DNA of 64,000 nucleotides from Phaeosaccion multiseriatum (lineage: Eukaryota > Protista > Ochrophyta, other classes), in assembly GCA_965112735.1 (NCBI GenBank), contig OZ218958.1, positions 1,488,001 to 1,552,000 on the forward strand, written 5' to 3'. A model generated the notes under the pieces. It made no database searches. It worked only from the letters and a program-made list of their open reading frames with translations, and was not told the DNA's origin. The position numbers were made by a program, and so were the translations under genes. Positions 21,390 through 33,985 of this stretch are shown in pieces (the first letter of the stretch is position 1; each line of letters starts with the position of its first letter).

Positions 21390-24300
21390 GGAAGCTGCCC
21401 CAACAGCAGGCCCGCACGATGGGTCTAGACGGCGCGTCCACCACATGGAGATTGACAGAATTGCACTCCTTGGGCACTGTCTCTCTTCCTCTCCCTCTTG
21501 CACATAATTCGAGTCTATGTCTCTCACTCCCTCTCTTTCTCACCAGCTGCAATAGTCGAAGGTATTCTCGCTGGTGGCGAACAGCACATTGGTGTTGCAG
21601 GCTCCGCTGCAGCTCAAGTCAGCATTGAAGGTCACCTGCACCTCCTCATCAACAAAATCCGCACACACTTCCTCGTAGTCATCACTGAGAGTCATGGACA
21701 GCGAGCAGCAGCCGCAGCAGCAGCAGCAGTAGCAGTTGACGGTTTCAGCAGCAGGACGAGCAGGAGGACAGGAAGGGCTAGTGAGTGAAACATTCAGAGA
21801 AGAACTGGGCATGAAGAGAATAACTGGATATGAAGGAGGGAAATCAACGAGCCGTATGCAATCTCTATCCTCTCCTCTTCTGTCCCGCTTCCATGAACCA
21901 TGACCCCATACATGCACAAAACCATGCATAAAACTGCACCATTAATTAACTCTTGCTCTTGCCATTGCTTACCAACAGGCGTCTCCGATACACCCGTCGT
22001 AGCTGTCCAGGGGCACACACAAAGGGACAAGCAAGGAGGGGTGCTGTTGTCAATCGTGTTCGATGTGAGTTATTTGCGCACGCGAGTGTGTGGGGGGCTG
22101 GTGGGGCGCAGTAGGGAAGGAGAGGAGGCGTCACGATGCCGATGACGGTGGTGATGGCATGGCTGTGAGGGAGGTGGGCAGTTTCCAAGTGGTGATGACA
22201 TGGCTGTGAGGGAGGGTGAGCAGTTTCCAAGTGCGTCGGCGGCCATGGCCTTCATCTGCCGCTCGCTCTGTCCGTCAGTGACACTCAGTCTGTCAGTCAG
22301 TCTGTCAGTCAGTCCGTCAGTCAGTCCACTCCCTCACTCACCAGAAGCAGTAGTCTAAGTTGGTGGGGTCTGCAGTGAGTCCCGTGGCGCAGCTGTCTTT
22401 GCAAGTGAGGGTCGTGTTGGCCGATGCAAACTCGCAATAGTCTAGCACGTCGTCACTGGGGGAGGAGGGAGGGATGGCAGTGGATGGATGGGGTTACAGA
22501 ATATGAGGCCAGAGCGGGTACGTTATACCTCTGGCGCAGTGTCGCGCATGCAAATTCACCACCCACTCCCACCCACAGGACTGCGTGTACGTGCATGCAT
22601 GCAATATGAGTTTCACCCACCAGCACGCAAAAGCAGAACTAGCGTAGCCGAGAGCGGGATTCAGCGCGGGGTCACACAGTTCCTCACTGCTCCGCAGGAG
22701 GAAGGGGAGGAGGAGCAGGAGTAGGAAGAGGGGAAGGAGGAGGAAGGGGGGGAGGAGTAGCAGGAGGACAAAGAGGAGAGGGGAAGGAGAGGTAAGGCGA
22801 CATGTGGAAAGTGCAAAGGCGAATCGCGCGCTATTTATGCATGACTCAAACCCGACTCGATCCAATGATAAAATGTGCAGCTGACGAGGGGGCTAGGCCC
22901 CAGGAAGAGAGAGGGAGGGAGAGAAAGACAGGCACACAGACAGAAAGACAAACGGACAGACAGGCAAGAGAGAGAAAGAGAGGGGATATAGACGGACAAT
23001 TGACAATTTTGATGTCCCTGCTCGAACGTAACGTACCAGGAGCAATATCTGTACTCGTCCGCGTTGACCACCAAAGAGGCCTCAGCGTCGCAAGTATTGG
23101 CGCAGGACAGCGAAGGGTCATATGTGCCGGTGCCGCGTACCGGATCTGTCCGAGGGGGAGGAGCGCTCCCACTGTCAGTCTCGGTAGGAGTGGAGTCGGA
23201 GGAGTCATCACCCTCCCCCTCTCTGTCCTGCCCAGGCTCAGCAGGGGGCTCGGCGAATGCTTCGCCACACTCCCCCACCAGATCGTCACTGTGTGGGAGA
23301 AAGAGGAAGAGAGGAGAGAGGGAAGGGAGGGAAGGGAGGACCGAGGGGTTATAAATGTCACATACGGAAGGGAGGGAAAGAGAGGGGCGAAGGGAAGGGG
23401 GAAGCGTGGACAAGGCCGGGTTGAGAGACGAGAGAGAGGGGAAGAAGGTGAGGGAAGGACGGAGGGAGGGAGTAGCATGTTACTATGTAAAAAGTAAATA
23501 TAATTGTGTGGTCTGTCTCTCGTCAAAGGCAAACGCTGCGACACATGCACAATCTTCCACCTTTCCCTTTCCCCTTCCCCTTCCCCTTCCCCTTCCTTCT
23601 TATCTTGTCCGGCCACAGACAGGAGTAAAAAAAAAGCAGTTGGACACTACTCACCAACAATCTTCAAACTCATGACACAGTGTGTTGCTGTCAGGGCGCG
23701 TTGCAGGGGTGGCGGAGCAAGAGAGGGGACAAACAAAGGGGTGAGGAGCGGGAGAGGCAAGTGAGACGGAGGAAGATGGAAGATTGATGATGAATCCAAC
23801 CAAGGTCGAGACAGGGGCCCCTCTTTCGTCGGTTTGTTGGGCATTCATTCCGTGGGGCTTTCCTTCCGTGGGACATTCCTTCCGTAAGGCAGTGAGTGGC
23901 ACAAGTTGGGGCCTTACAGTATATCGTCCATTCTCCCCTTTCCTGCATCATGCCTAGTGTGACTGCGCCGCCCATTGTCACTCACCACCAGCAGAACTGT
24001 ACCGCCCCTCCTCCTCCGACTTGGGAGGCCACCAACCCGTCGCACGAGTCTTTGCAAGACAGGGAGGGGGTGAAGATCATGGTGGTGGAGGGTTGGGGAC
24101 AGGAGGCGTCTTGCACCCCACAGGCGTCGCAGTAGTTGTCGCTGCGTGCGTGAGGGGGTGAGTGGCAACCGGGCAGACATGGATGGCGCGTGATGGGAGG
24201 GACGGAGTGAGGGAGGGAAGGTGCGGGTAAGACGGGAGGGGTGTTCGCCTTCAAAATGAGCTCGTCTACGCCAGGTGTAGCGTTGACCGGGCGGCAGGGG

Positions 24301-24847
24301 GGGGTGCGAGACGGACGGAAGATAGCAGGGAGGAGAGGAGAGAGGAGAGAGGGCCCAGATCTATCTGCGACTCACCAACAATCCTCGAAGAATAGACAGT
24401 TCTCGTCGCTGGCTCGAGGCAAAGCAAGAGGACAAGGGGAGAAGGAGCAGAGAAAGGGAGGGGGGGGATGAGTTGCCGTACCCAAACGACCACCGGCAAA
24501 AAAAACGGCGGCCAATCCGTCAACCCCCATTGGGATACAAGAAGCCACCAACCACACTACGCTTACCAGAAGCACCGTCCTGGCGTGCCTCGTGTGCCAA
24601 AGCCCTGCCCGCAGTCCTCTGCCGCACATTCTCCCCCTGCCTCCCCCCGCCCAAACAAAATGTCCGCGTCTGAGGTTGCTTGTGCGCGGGAGGAGGAAGA
24701 GGAGGAGACGCGCAGCAAAACTGCTACCACCGCTGCTGAAGTCACCCACAGTGGCAAGGGAAGAGCGCGCTTCACCCCCGCAAGGGGTCTGCTGCTTCTC
24801 AGGGCAGAGCAACTGACGCCTTGCGCACTTCTACCGCGGTTGCCCAT
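19838..24847 (-). CDS. Secreted/surface Cys-rich protein: 5 somatomedin-B-like repeats, a TDxFPxET...DSxxDGxCC domain, a PT stalk and 2 CRFC modules
   Basis: Eleven exons join in frame. Spliced repeats read CFCDENCLFFEDCCDNYCDAC, CWCNTLCHEFEDCCDDLVGEC, CSCEELC..ACCDDVLDYC, CFCYDGCIGDACCDDYEEVC, CSCYNQCVEEENCCDDKEEMC (SMB consensus CxCDxxCxxxxDCCxDYxxxC). Hydrophobic N-terminal segment; last exon 20951-19838. Confidence 0.8.
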
Positions 24848-26024
24848 GGTGACCCCCCCGCGCTAAACAAGGTTGCTGCCAACAAATGGGAGGCCTCTAC
24901 TCCCACCCCCTTCTCCCAGTGCTGCTGGAGCTCCTCTCGCGCAGCGCAGCAACCCACGCAGGCGGCCCCTGTCCCCCTCGCTCTTTTCAAAGGAGCTGAG
25001 CGGCCAAGAGCCCCCAGCACCAAAACGAAGACTTTAGATTCTCCGTTTCTCCACGCTCCCACTCCAAAAGCCAAAGGTGTCCCTCAGTCTGCCCTGGGGT
25101 GCTGGTACCTCTATCCCCCCCCCCTCTCTCTCTCTCCTTCCTTGCGTGGCTTATGAGACCCTGTAATATTACAAGGTGGGGCCCTTTTATGGAAAAAGGA
25201 AAAATTCGGCGCAAAAACAATTGGTAAAAAACAGCAAAAATAAATTTTCAGTTTCAGCTTGAGAACGGGGATCCAACCGTCGGAGCGAAGAGGGCAAGCA
25301 ATCGCCGACAGACAGGACCAACTTGGCAGAGGACCGAGCGCCGAGGCAACAACGGGTACCATGGTCACATCGAACACGTTGAGTTGAGAGGCAGAGTCCA
25401 GGGGTGTGATGTATTTATGGTTTGGGCGTGCGTGCGTGCGTGCGTGCGTTCGTCTCGAGTACCCCTCTCTCTCCCCCCTTCCCTCCCTCCCAGCCGCCCC
25501 CTAGCCCCCCCCCGGCGTAGGTAAGCTGGACAAGACAAGACTGCATTCGTGCTGCCATCGTCCCGCCCCGCGACCCCGCCACTACGGTACCATCGTACCA
25601 GGCTCTGCAGCAGCCCCTGCTGCTGCTCTGCTTAGAGGTCGAGCCCTGACCCTGCTTCTTCCACTGTTTCACTCATCGGAACAACGGTCGGCGTTGCGAC
25701 ACTTGGGGCAGCTTGAATTCGATTGAATGCACCAATCGCCCGAAACCCCTCGCCCTCCTAGAGTGAACCCCCTCCCCCCAGTCCCCCAGGGGGCAAGTGT
25801 GATCATTGCTATCCTTGCTCGGGGCTCAACTTCTTCCAGAGATGGGTCATTCCGCCCGCCAGCCAACTCAGTCAGTCAGTCCGTCCGTCCGTCGGTCAGC
25901 CGTGCGCTCGGACGCCCTCTCTCTCTCTCTCACACACACACACACTCGGTCGGTCGGCTGGAACAAAGAAACTAAAACTACAACTGGTGGGTGGCGATGC
26001 GGTGGCTGGCTCATGAGGTCAAGG

Positions 26025-26432
26025 TCAAGTGCCGAAGGTAATGTGGGGCAAGTCTCTGACCATGCTCTCTACATCGGCCTTCTCAATGCCCGCGTACTTG
26101 ATGGTCACGTTCCGCGGGCTCTTCCAACCCCTCTCCAGGCGGGTCTGTTGTGGGTGCGCGTGTGGGCAAGTCATCGAGTCATTCAGAGAGGGGCACCGAT
26201 TGGGCAAAGAGGAGTGGCAAAGAGAGAGAGAGAGAGGGGGGACGGGGGGGGGGGGCGGAGTGTGGAGAGAGAGGGAGAGAGAGGGAGAGAATAACAACGC
26301 AGGAATGATAAACGATGCGGTGAGGGGTACTACTCGGACCCACCAACTCCTTCGCCTCAAGGTACACAACGTGTCGCGCCCTACTCGACTTACCCCTCTC
26401 CTCTCTCCTCTCTCTCTCCTCTCTCCTCTCTC

Positions 26433-26487
<55 letters not shown>

Positions 26488-28724
26488 CCCTCCTTCCCGC
26501 CCTCACTCTCTCCCCTCTCCTCCCTCCCTCCGTCCGTCCCTCCCTCCTTCCCTCCCCCTCTCTTCTCTCCCCCCCTTCCCGTCCTCTCCCATTCCCTCCC
26601 GACCCCCTCTCTCTCCCCTCCCCTCCATTCCTCCCTAGCTACCTCTCTTCTCTCTCTCGCCCCCTCCCCCCCTCTCTTCTCTCTCTCTCTTCTCTCTCTC
26701 TGTGCCCTTCCTCTCACCTCCAGCAGACTCCGCACTCCGCCCTCCGTGATGGCCGCACAGCCGCACAGATCCAGCGTCTCCAGTTTGGGCAAGTTGCCCT
26801 GCATCCACCGCAGCGATTCGTCCGTTACATGCCGGCACCAATGCAGCCTAAGCAGGACCAAGACACGGTTGTACTTGGCTAGCAGCAGCAGCAGAGCGCT
26901 CTCACTCACAAATAGGTATCCTGCGAGGGGTTTTGTACCGAGGGAAGGAGGAGGAGGAGGAGGAGGAGGAGGAGGAGGAGGGAGGGGGAGGAGGAGGAGG
27001 AGGAGGAGGAGGAGGAGGGAAGGGAGGGGGAGGAGGGGTGAGAAGGTAGGGGTGCTCCTCTATCATCCTTCTTCATGAGCACGGTAGACGCACACGACGC
27101 AGTGCCTATGATTGGGGCCGTTTACATACGTCGTCAGAGGACTTGACTTGGACTCACTGCAAGCCCACTCCCCCCCCCTATGCCCCATTCACTCGACTCA
27201 GCAGCACGATATCTATACTTGCTTGCTTACCTAGGCCTAACTTGGATATCCTGGGGCAGTTTTGGGATATGCTAGCGCACTCCGCGTCTGCGAGACCGAG
27301 ACCAGACAAGTTGAGCTCTTCGAACCTGAGCGGTAGGAGACAAGAGAGACAGAGAGAGAGAGGGAGATGCACAGGGAGAGAGAGGGGGGCAGGAAGAGAT
27401 CCAGAGTTGGAGAGAGAGAGGGAGAAGAAAAGGAGAGAGTGGGAGAAGAGGAGAGAAGAGAGGGAGGGAAGGGGAAGGAGGGGGGCACGGAAGGAAGGAG
27501 GTGGTGGAGTGTGTTAGGCAAGAGAGAGATTCCTTCTCCCTCCACCATTCGCAAAGAGAGAGAGCCCCCATGGCGAGAGAGCCTTAGAAGCGCAGGTAGA
27601 CAGGCCGGCGACCTACCCAGGTACCCGAACGGGCCCTCCACCTCCACCCCCATCTCAAACTCAAACGTTCCTGGAGCGATTGGTGTGGGACTTGAGCAGG
27701 CGAGCCACCCCCTGTGGCGTCACGTTGTAGCAGCCACCTAGGTCCAGGGCAGTGAGGGAGTGTGTATACGAGACCAAGTGGTCCAAGGTGTCGTCTGTGA
27801 TCTTGCGGCAGTTCAGCAGCTTGAGGCTCTGGAGAGCGCTGCACGCCTGGGGGTTGGAATGGATGGGGAGATGAGCCGGGAGGGGGAGGGAGGGGGAGGG
27901 AGGGAGCGTTGAGTAGTCCTCTGCAGCCTCCTGGCATGCAACGGGGAAGGGAGGAAGGGAGGAAGGAAGGAAGAAGGAAGGAAAGCATGTGGTGCACGTC
28001 GAGCGCTTGCCTGTGTGAGAATCTTCATCGCCTCGTCTGTGATGAAAAAGCAGCCCGTCAGGTCCAAGTGTCGTAGCGCAGGACAGCGGTTGCCGAGGAC
28101 CTGAGCGATAAAATCGGGGCCGATTTTGCTCTGGGCCAGACTCAGGGAGGTAATTCCCTCGTCCAGAAAGGCGGGGGGGATGGGGAGGGTGCCAACTTTT
28201 ATTCGACCGCCATTGGTGATGACCTAATGCGAGTGATGGTTGGGTCGGGGAGGAGGGAGCGGCAGAAGGCACGGTTTACTTCAGGCACCGGGGCTGGAAG
28301 TGAGGCAGTTGCCCTCTCTTTCTGTCGTTCTCTTCCTTACCTCGTCGATGATTCGCTGTTTGATGGCCAGCGAGGTACTGCCTGGCAAGCGTTGGAACCT
28401 CCGCCGAGCGTTCTCACTATAGAAGGCCGACTGGATCTGAGGGTTTGGACGGACGGAAGGAGGAGTCAAGCGCTGTCTGCCTTACTGCATGGGGTTCGCT
28501 TCCTGCAGGGAGAGAGTAATCCGGCGGCTCCTTTGTGACAAAACCATACATAAATGGGAGAGTGATAAAGCTGTAGGACTGGTATCGGTCCACCCCTTAC
28601 AGACATCCGGCGGCTCCCTCCTCCCCCCCCCCACCTTTTCGTCGGTCATTGTGAGTTGAGGCTTCCTTCGGATAGAGTTGAGGCATAGGCTCTGAAGTGT
28701 CGTCACCTCGCGCACGAACGACAT
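26025..28724 (-). CDS. AMN1/FBXL-type cysteine-containing LRR protein
   Basis: N-terminus VTTLQSLCLNSI; LRR-CC repeats LDLTGCFFITDEAM, LKLLNCRKITDDTL, LDLGGCYNVT, LRLHWCRHVTDESL, LDLCGCAAITEGGV across spliced exons. Confidence 0.8.
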
Positions 28725-29031
28725 CGTCCCTCACCCCAAGAGCTTTGCCAATCGATATCTCGCACTTCCCCATCCAACCTTGACAGTTGGTTCTTCAGTC
28801 GTCGCGCCCTTCTTCTCCTCTCGCGACTTTTATCGACTTTTTCCCTTTGATTATCACCTTCCTCTCGCAGCCCTTCATTATTGTTCCGAGGCCTCCTTCG
28901 CCTCTGTCCCCTCTCCTCGCTTGGCTCTCCATATCTACAGGGACGCAAGGGACGAGGACGCATTCCCTGTGGTCAGAGGAGCGCTGCAATCCTAAATCCC
29001 GTTGACCACGCACTCGGCCAAACGTTCTGTC

Positions 29032-30559
29032 ATGATCGATCTGCAGCGTATGCTCGTTCTGGCGTCGATAAGCAGCCTGCTCTTCTCCTCGCCTGCGACC
29101 GGACAGGAGGAACTCACCTGTGAGACTGCTTTCGACGGCAATAGCACCACCAGCGTGACGCTGTCTGGAGACCTGGAATGCGACGTTCCCACCACCTTGG
29201 TTGTGGAGGAGGACGCAGCTGTTACCATCGACGTGAGCGAGGCATCCACCCTGGGTAACCTCCGCTTCATGGTGTTGGGCGGTGCGAGCTTGGTCTTTGA
29301 GAATGAAGGCAGCGAAGTGGAGATGGAGAATAGTTTTTCGGGCTTCCGAGAGCCGGGTGGCGCCATCTCCAACTTTGGCTCAGTGGTGTTTAAGGGAGAT
29401 GCCGCCTTCAGGGGGAATACCGCAGGCACCTTTGGTGGGGCCATTCACATCTTCGCTGGGGGAGAGGTTGTGTTTGAAGGAAAAACAGCCTTCGAGGAGA
29501 ACTTTAGCGAAGCGGATCAGAACGGAGGAGCCGTTTACTGCGAGGGCAGCATCACCTTCATGGACGACGCTGTGTTTATCGACAATGTTGCGCCTGGACT
29601 AGGCTCGGGTGGCGCAGTCTACAACTTTGGAGAAGGGCAGGTGACTTTCGAGAGCAACACCAATTTCGTGGACAATGTGGCCCCTCGCGCGGGTGGAGCC
29701 GTCTTCACACAGGGCCAAAACGCGTCCGTGAGCTTTGGCGGAGATGCCACATTCATCGGAAACCAAGCGGCGCAGACCGACGTGGACCTCGAGGAAGACG
29801 GCAATGGTGGCGCTCTGTACATGGACAATGGCGTCGTGAGCTTTGCTGCGGCTGCGACCTTCCACAACAACACAGCGGTGAGGAGAGAGTTGGTTATTCG
29901 AAGTTCTCGCCGTTCCTTGCCCTTGTACCTAAACGAACTGCCTACACCCCTACCCACCTCTTGCCCTCCCTCCCTCCCTCCCTCCCTCCCTCCCTCCCTT
30001 CCTTCCTTCCTTCCTTCCTTCCTTCCTTCCTTCCTTCCTTCCTTCCTTCCTTCCTTCCTTCCTTCCTTCCTTCCTTCCTTCCTTCCTTCCTTCCTTCCTC
30101 TATACGAACAACGACGCCACTCCCTCTCTTGTCACTCTGTGCCGATACGCCTCTACCCTCATCGCCGTCGCCCCTTGCCCGGTCGTTGGTCGTTCAGGCG
30201 GTGAGTCACTGAGGGGAGAGTGTTTGTCACACAGCGCGCGCGCCTCACTTCCCCAGGCCTATGCGATACGCCTGCCTGCCGGCATGCCCATGTGCCTGCC
30301 CACTGCTGCGGCGCTACTCCGGGGGTGTCACTCACTCGTATCGTTCCTTCCTTCTTCCTTGCTTGGTTGCTGCCCCGCCCCTCTTGAATGCTTACTTGTT
30401 TGCGTCGTCCCTCTTGACTCCAATCCTCGCTCCATCTGGCGACCCATGGCGACCCAACTTCAGAACGTGAGTGCGTCTCTTCCCACCACAGTGACTTGTT
30501 TAGCGTGTGTCTCTCCTCTGTCCTCTCCTTGCCTCCCTCCGTCCCACTCTTCCTCTTTC

Positions 30560-30595
<36 letters not shown>

Positions 30596-30609
30596 ACTCT
30601 TCCTCTTTC

Positions 30610-30652
<43 letters not shown>

Positions 30653-31736
30653 CTGTCTCAATATGTATATGATCTTCAACACTGCTGTCCTATTCCTCCT
30701 GACGCGCCGCTCTTTTGCCTTGGAAGGTGGTGGTACCTCCTTGTTTTGCAAAGCCTTTTGACTGTGACCACTGCATACCATATTTCCGCACTCACTCACT
30801 CACTCACTCACTCACTCACTCACTCATTCACCCTCCCTCCCTCCGTTCCCACGACCACTCCTCCCTCCCTTTGGGCCGAAACGGTCGCCGATTGGCATGT
30901 TTCCCCCTCTCTCCTTTGTTGTCGGGCTTCTCGTGTTTGGGCTTGACCTCTCTTCGTCAGGCGGTGAGTGAGGAGTGTGAGGTGGAAGCCTCGGGATATA
31001 CCGCAGTGCTGGAGAGGGGGGGCTGGGTTGGGTCATGAAAATTTGGGTTAGACATTCCCTCCCTCGCTTGCCTTTACCCCTAAACCGCTCAATCCCTTTC
31101 TTGCCTCACCCACTCACTCACTCACTCACTCACTCACACTCCCTCCCTCCCCCCCCCCCACCCCTCTCTCTAGGGCGGAGGCTTTGCCGCGAGCGATGGA
31201 AGTGTCGTGACTTTCGACGGAGAGGCCTCATTTTCCGGAAACGAAGCCACCGCAAGGGTAAGCAAGACGGTGTGCCCCATGTGTGCGATGGTGTGATGAG
31301 TGAGCAGTGGCGTTGTGAATGAGCTGGGGTGTGATGAGTGAGCTGTGTTGTATTGAGTCAGCTGTGATGAATAAGCTGCTGTTGTCATGAGTCAGCTGTG
31401 GTGAATACGCTGTGTTGTAATGAGTCAGCTGTGATGACTAAGGTGTGATAAATAAGCTGTGATGAATGAGCTGTGGTGTGGTCAGTACGCTGTGGTGTGA
31501 TGAGTATGCTGTGGTGTAATCAGTGAGCTGTGATGAGTCAGCGGTGGTGTAATGAGCGAGGTGTGATTCCCACGGTCTTGGCGCTGTAGGCCACGTTGCT
31601 GCTGCGTTGCCTCACTGGTTCTCTTCTCACCACGCCTCCGTCGTGCTGCACCGCCTGCTCTTACCCTCCCCATACGCGCGCACGTGTGTGCATGTGTGAC
31701 TCTCCATCTTTCTGTGTGTTTGTGTCTGTGTCCATT

Positions 31737-31768
<32 letters not shown>

Positions 31769-33430
31769 TGGCACATAGGGAGGCGGCTTTTCTGTAGGGA
31801 ACACCTCTGAAGCGACGTTCGGCGCAGATGTCGCATTCGACTACAATAGAGCGGTGAGTGAGTGAGCGCGAGGAGTAGTGATAGGACAGGCAGACAGACA
31901 GGCAGGCAGATAGGCAGGCAGACAGGCAGATAGGCAGGCAGGCAGACAGACAGACAGACAGAGGCATATGGGCAGACAGACAGAAGTACAAACAGACAGA
32001 CGGACAGACAGACAGACAGGCAAACAGACAGAGAGCTCATGCATGCCGTGGCTGCGTCTTGGCTCGGAGCCCCCCTCATCGAATCATCCTCCCCTGCTCT
32101 CCTCTCCTTTCCCGTTGTCCTGTTCATATTTCTATACGTACATACGTAACATCCATATTCTTCATGGCCTCCGCCCCACGACACAGAGCGTAAGTGGTAC
32201 TATTTCCAGACGCACACACACACACACACACACACATACACACACATACACACACACACACATACACACACACACACACACACACATACACACATACGCA
32301 CACACTCACAGGGCAAGGGCGGGTAGCGGCAGCGTACTCTCATCTTTCTGCGTGGTAGTGGTGTATGGTCCTAACACAATTTGTGTGCTCGACGAGGAGC
32401 ACTTGTTTATCATCCGTCCGCACAAGTTTTTCCTCTACTCTCTACTTCCTCATCATGCGTTCCCTCTGTTGTCCTCTCCTGTCGTCTGTCCGACCTTGGC
32501 GTTGCTCTCTGTCCGACCTTGGTGTTGCTCTCTGTCCGACCTTGGCGTTGCTCTCTGTCCGACCTTGGTGTTGCGGTCCGCCCCCTTTCTGATGTGTGTG
32601 CGCTTTTGGGTCTCACCCCTCTCTCCCTGGGCACGTCACTTCAACAGGAGGTGAGTCTAAGAGGAGGAGACAGAGAGAGCGGAGGAGGAGAGAGGGAGAG
32701 AGAGAAGGAGGGTGGGTGGGACAGAGTAGAGCGAGCGATAGGGTGGGTGGGAGAGGCGGCGGCAGCGACGTGTCTCGTCAGAGTAGGCGACAGGGCAGGA
32801 GTCCGTTAGATTAGGCCGCTTGCCTCTCCCCTAACCGCATTCACCCACCTACCTGCCTACCTACTACCTACCTACCTACCTACCTACCTACCTACCTACC
32901 TTCCTACCTACCTACCTACCTACCTTTCTACCTACCTACCTACCTACGTACCTACCTACCTACCTACCTACCTACGTACCTACCTACCTACGTACCTACT
33001 TACCTACCTACCTACCTACCTACCTACCTACCTACCTACCTACCTACCTACCTACCTACCTACCTACCTACCTACCTACCTACCTACCTACCTACCTGCC
33101 TACCTACTTATCCCTCCTGCGCCATCGTAGGGACCTGAGTACTTCGAAGACGACGGCTCGACCCTCACCTTCGAAGGGGAGGTCGAAACCGCCCCCACCC
33201 CCGTGCCCACCCCTGGACCGACGTCGGAATCCTCTCCTCGGTGTACGGAGGATACTTCCGGAGGTGGGAGGAGAGCGGCCGACTGTGTTGACGATGGTGA
33301 CGAGGTGGACGCCAACACAACCGACGGGGGCATCAAGTCGGCTGCGCTGCCTTCGCTGACGGTGGTGGTGAGTTCAGTGCTTGTATGTCTGTGGACCTTC
33401 TCTGCGTCCTCCGCGGCTGGCTGTGTTTAG
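29032..33430 (+). CDS. Polymorphic-membrane-protein-like (FxxN/GGA[IVL]) beta-helix surface protein with signal peptide and a hydrophobic, possibly GPI, C-terminus
   Basis: Signal [18 protein letters not shown]; repeats [41 protein letters not shown]. Main exons 29032-29877, 31174-31257, 31779-31853, 33131-33430, plus five putative 3-nt exons (30198-30200, 30464-30466, 30961-30963, 32187-32189, 32648-32650). Confidence 0.8.
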
Positions 33431-33985
33431 GAGTGAGTCTTTACCAAAGCTGTGGAGGTCGGCGTGCAGGGAGGGCTTTTCTTCGCACCACCACCTAAGC
33501 AACAACGTGGCGGGGGCGAGCACGAACACACATGCGCACACACACACCACCACACAGCCACTCACTGTGAAGTGCAGGACATGTATAGACAGAGTATCGC
33601 TGTCGAACGGAGGGGCGGGCGGGGGGGGGGCGGGCAGGGAGGGGGAAGTGTAGAACAGGAGCACGCGCTCGCATCAGACATGAGAGAGACGAGAGAAAAG
33701 CTGCGGGGGTTGTTCTTGTCGTCCATGGGCCCCTTTGTGACGTTTGATCCCTCCTCGCCTCCTTAAGGGACTATGGCATCGAATAGAAAGACGAGTAATA
33801 ATTACAGTTCGTTTTGTAGGGGGGGGGGTTTGCTGCAATCTATGTATACGTGGGTCAGCAACTCGGTGTTGTGGAGTGTCAGCAACGCCTGTTTCAGGTT
33901 GTGCCCAAGCAGAGGGTGTATGATGATACCCTGGACTACTGGAGCCCAATGGCCACTACCACCACCATTAGGCACTATCGCAGTG

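Noticed and set aside
25255-25285. Possible tRNA/SINE B-box-like sequence
   Set aside because: No cloverleaf or A-box could be built.
29032-29877. Chlamydial PMP-like repeats as a sign of bacterial contamination or recent transfer
   Set aside because: The gene has spliceosomal introns with host-type microsatellites, and such repeat proteins are known from brown-algal genomes.
32480-32572. Four ~23-bp direct repeats, superficially CRISPR-like
   Set aside because: No unique spacers and no cas genes; an intronic tandem repeat in a eukaryote.
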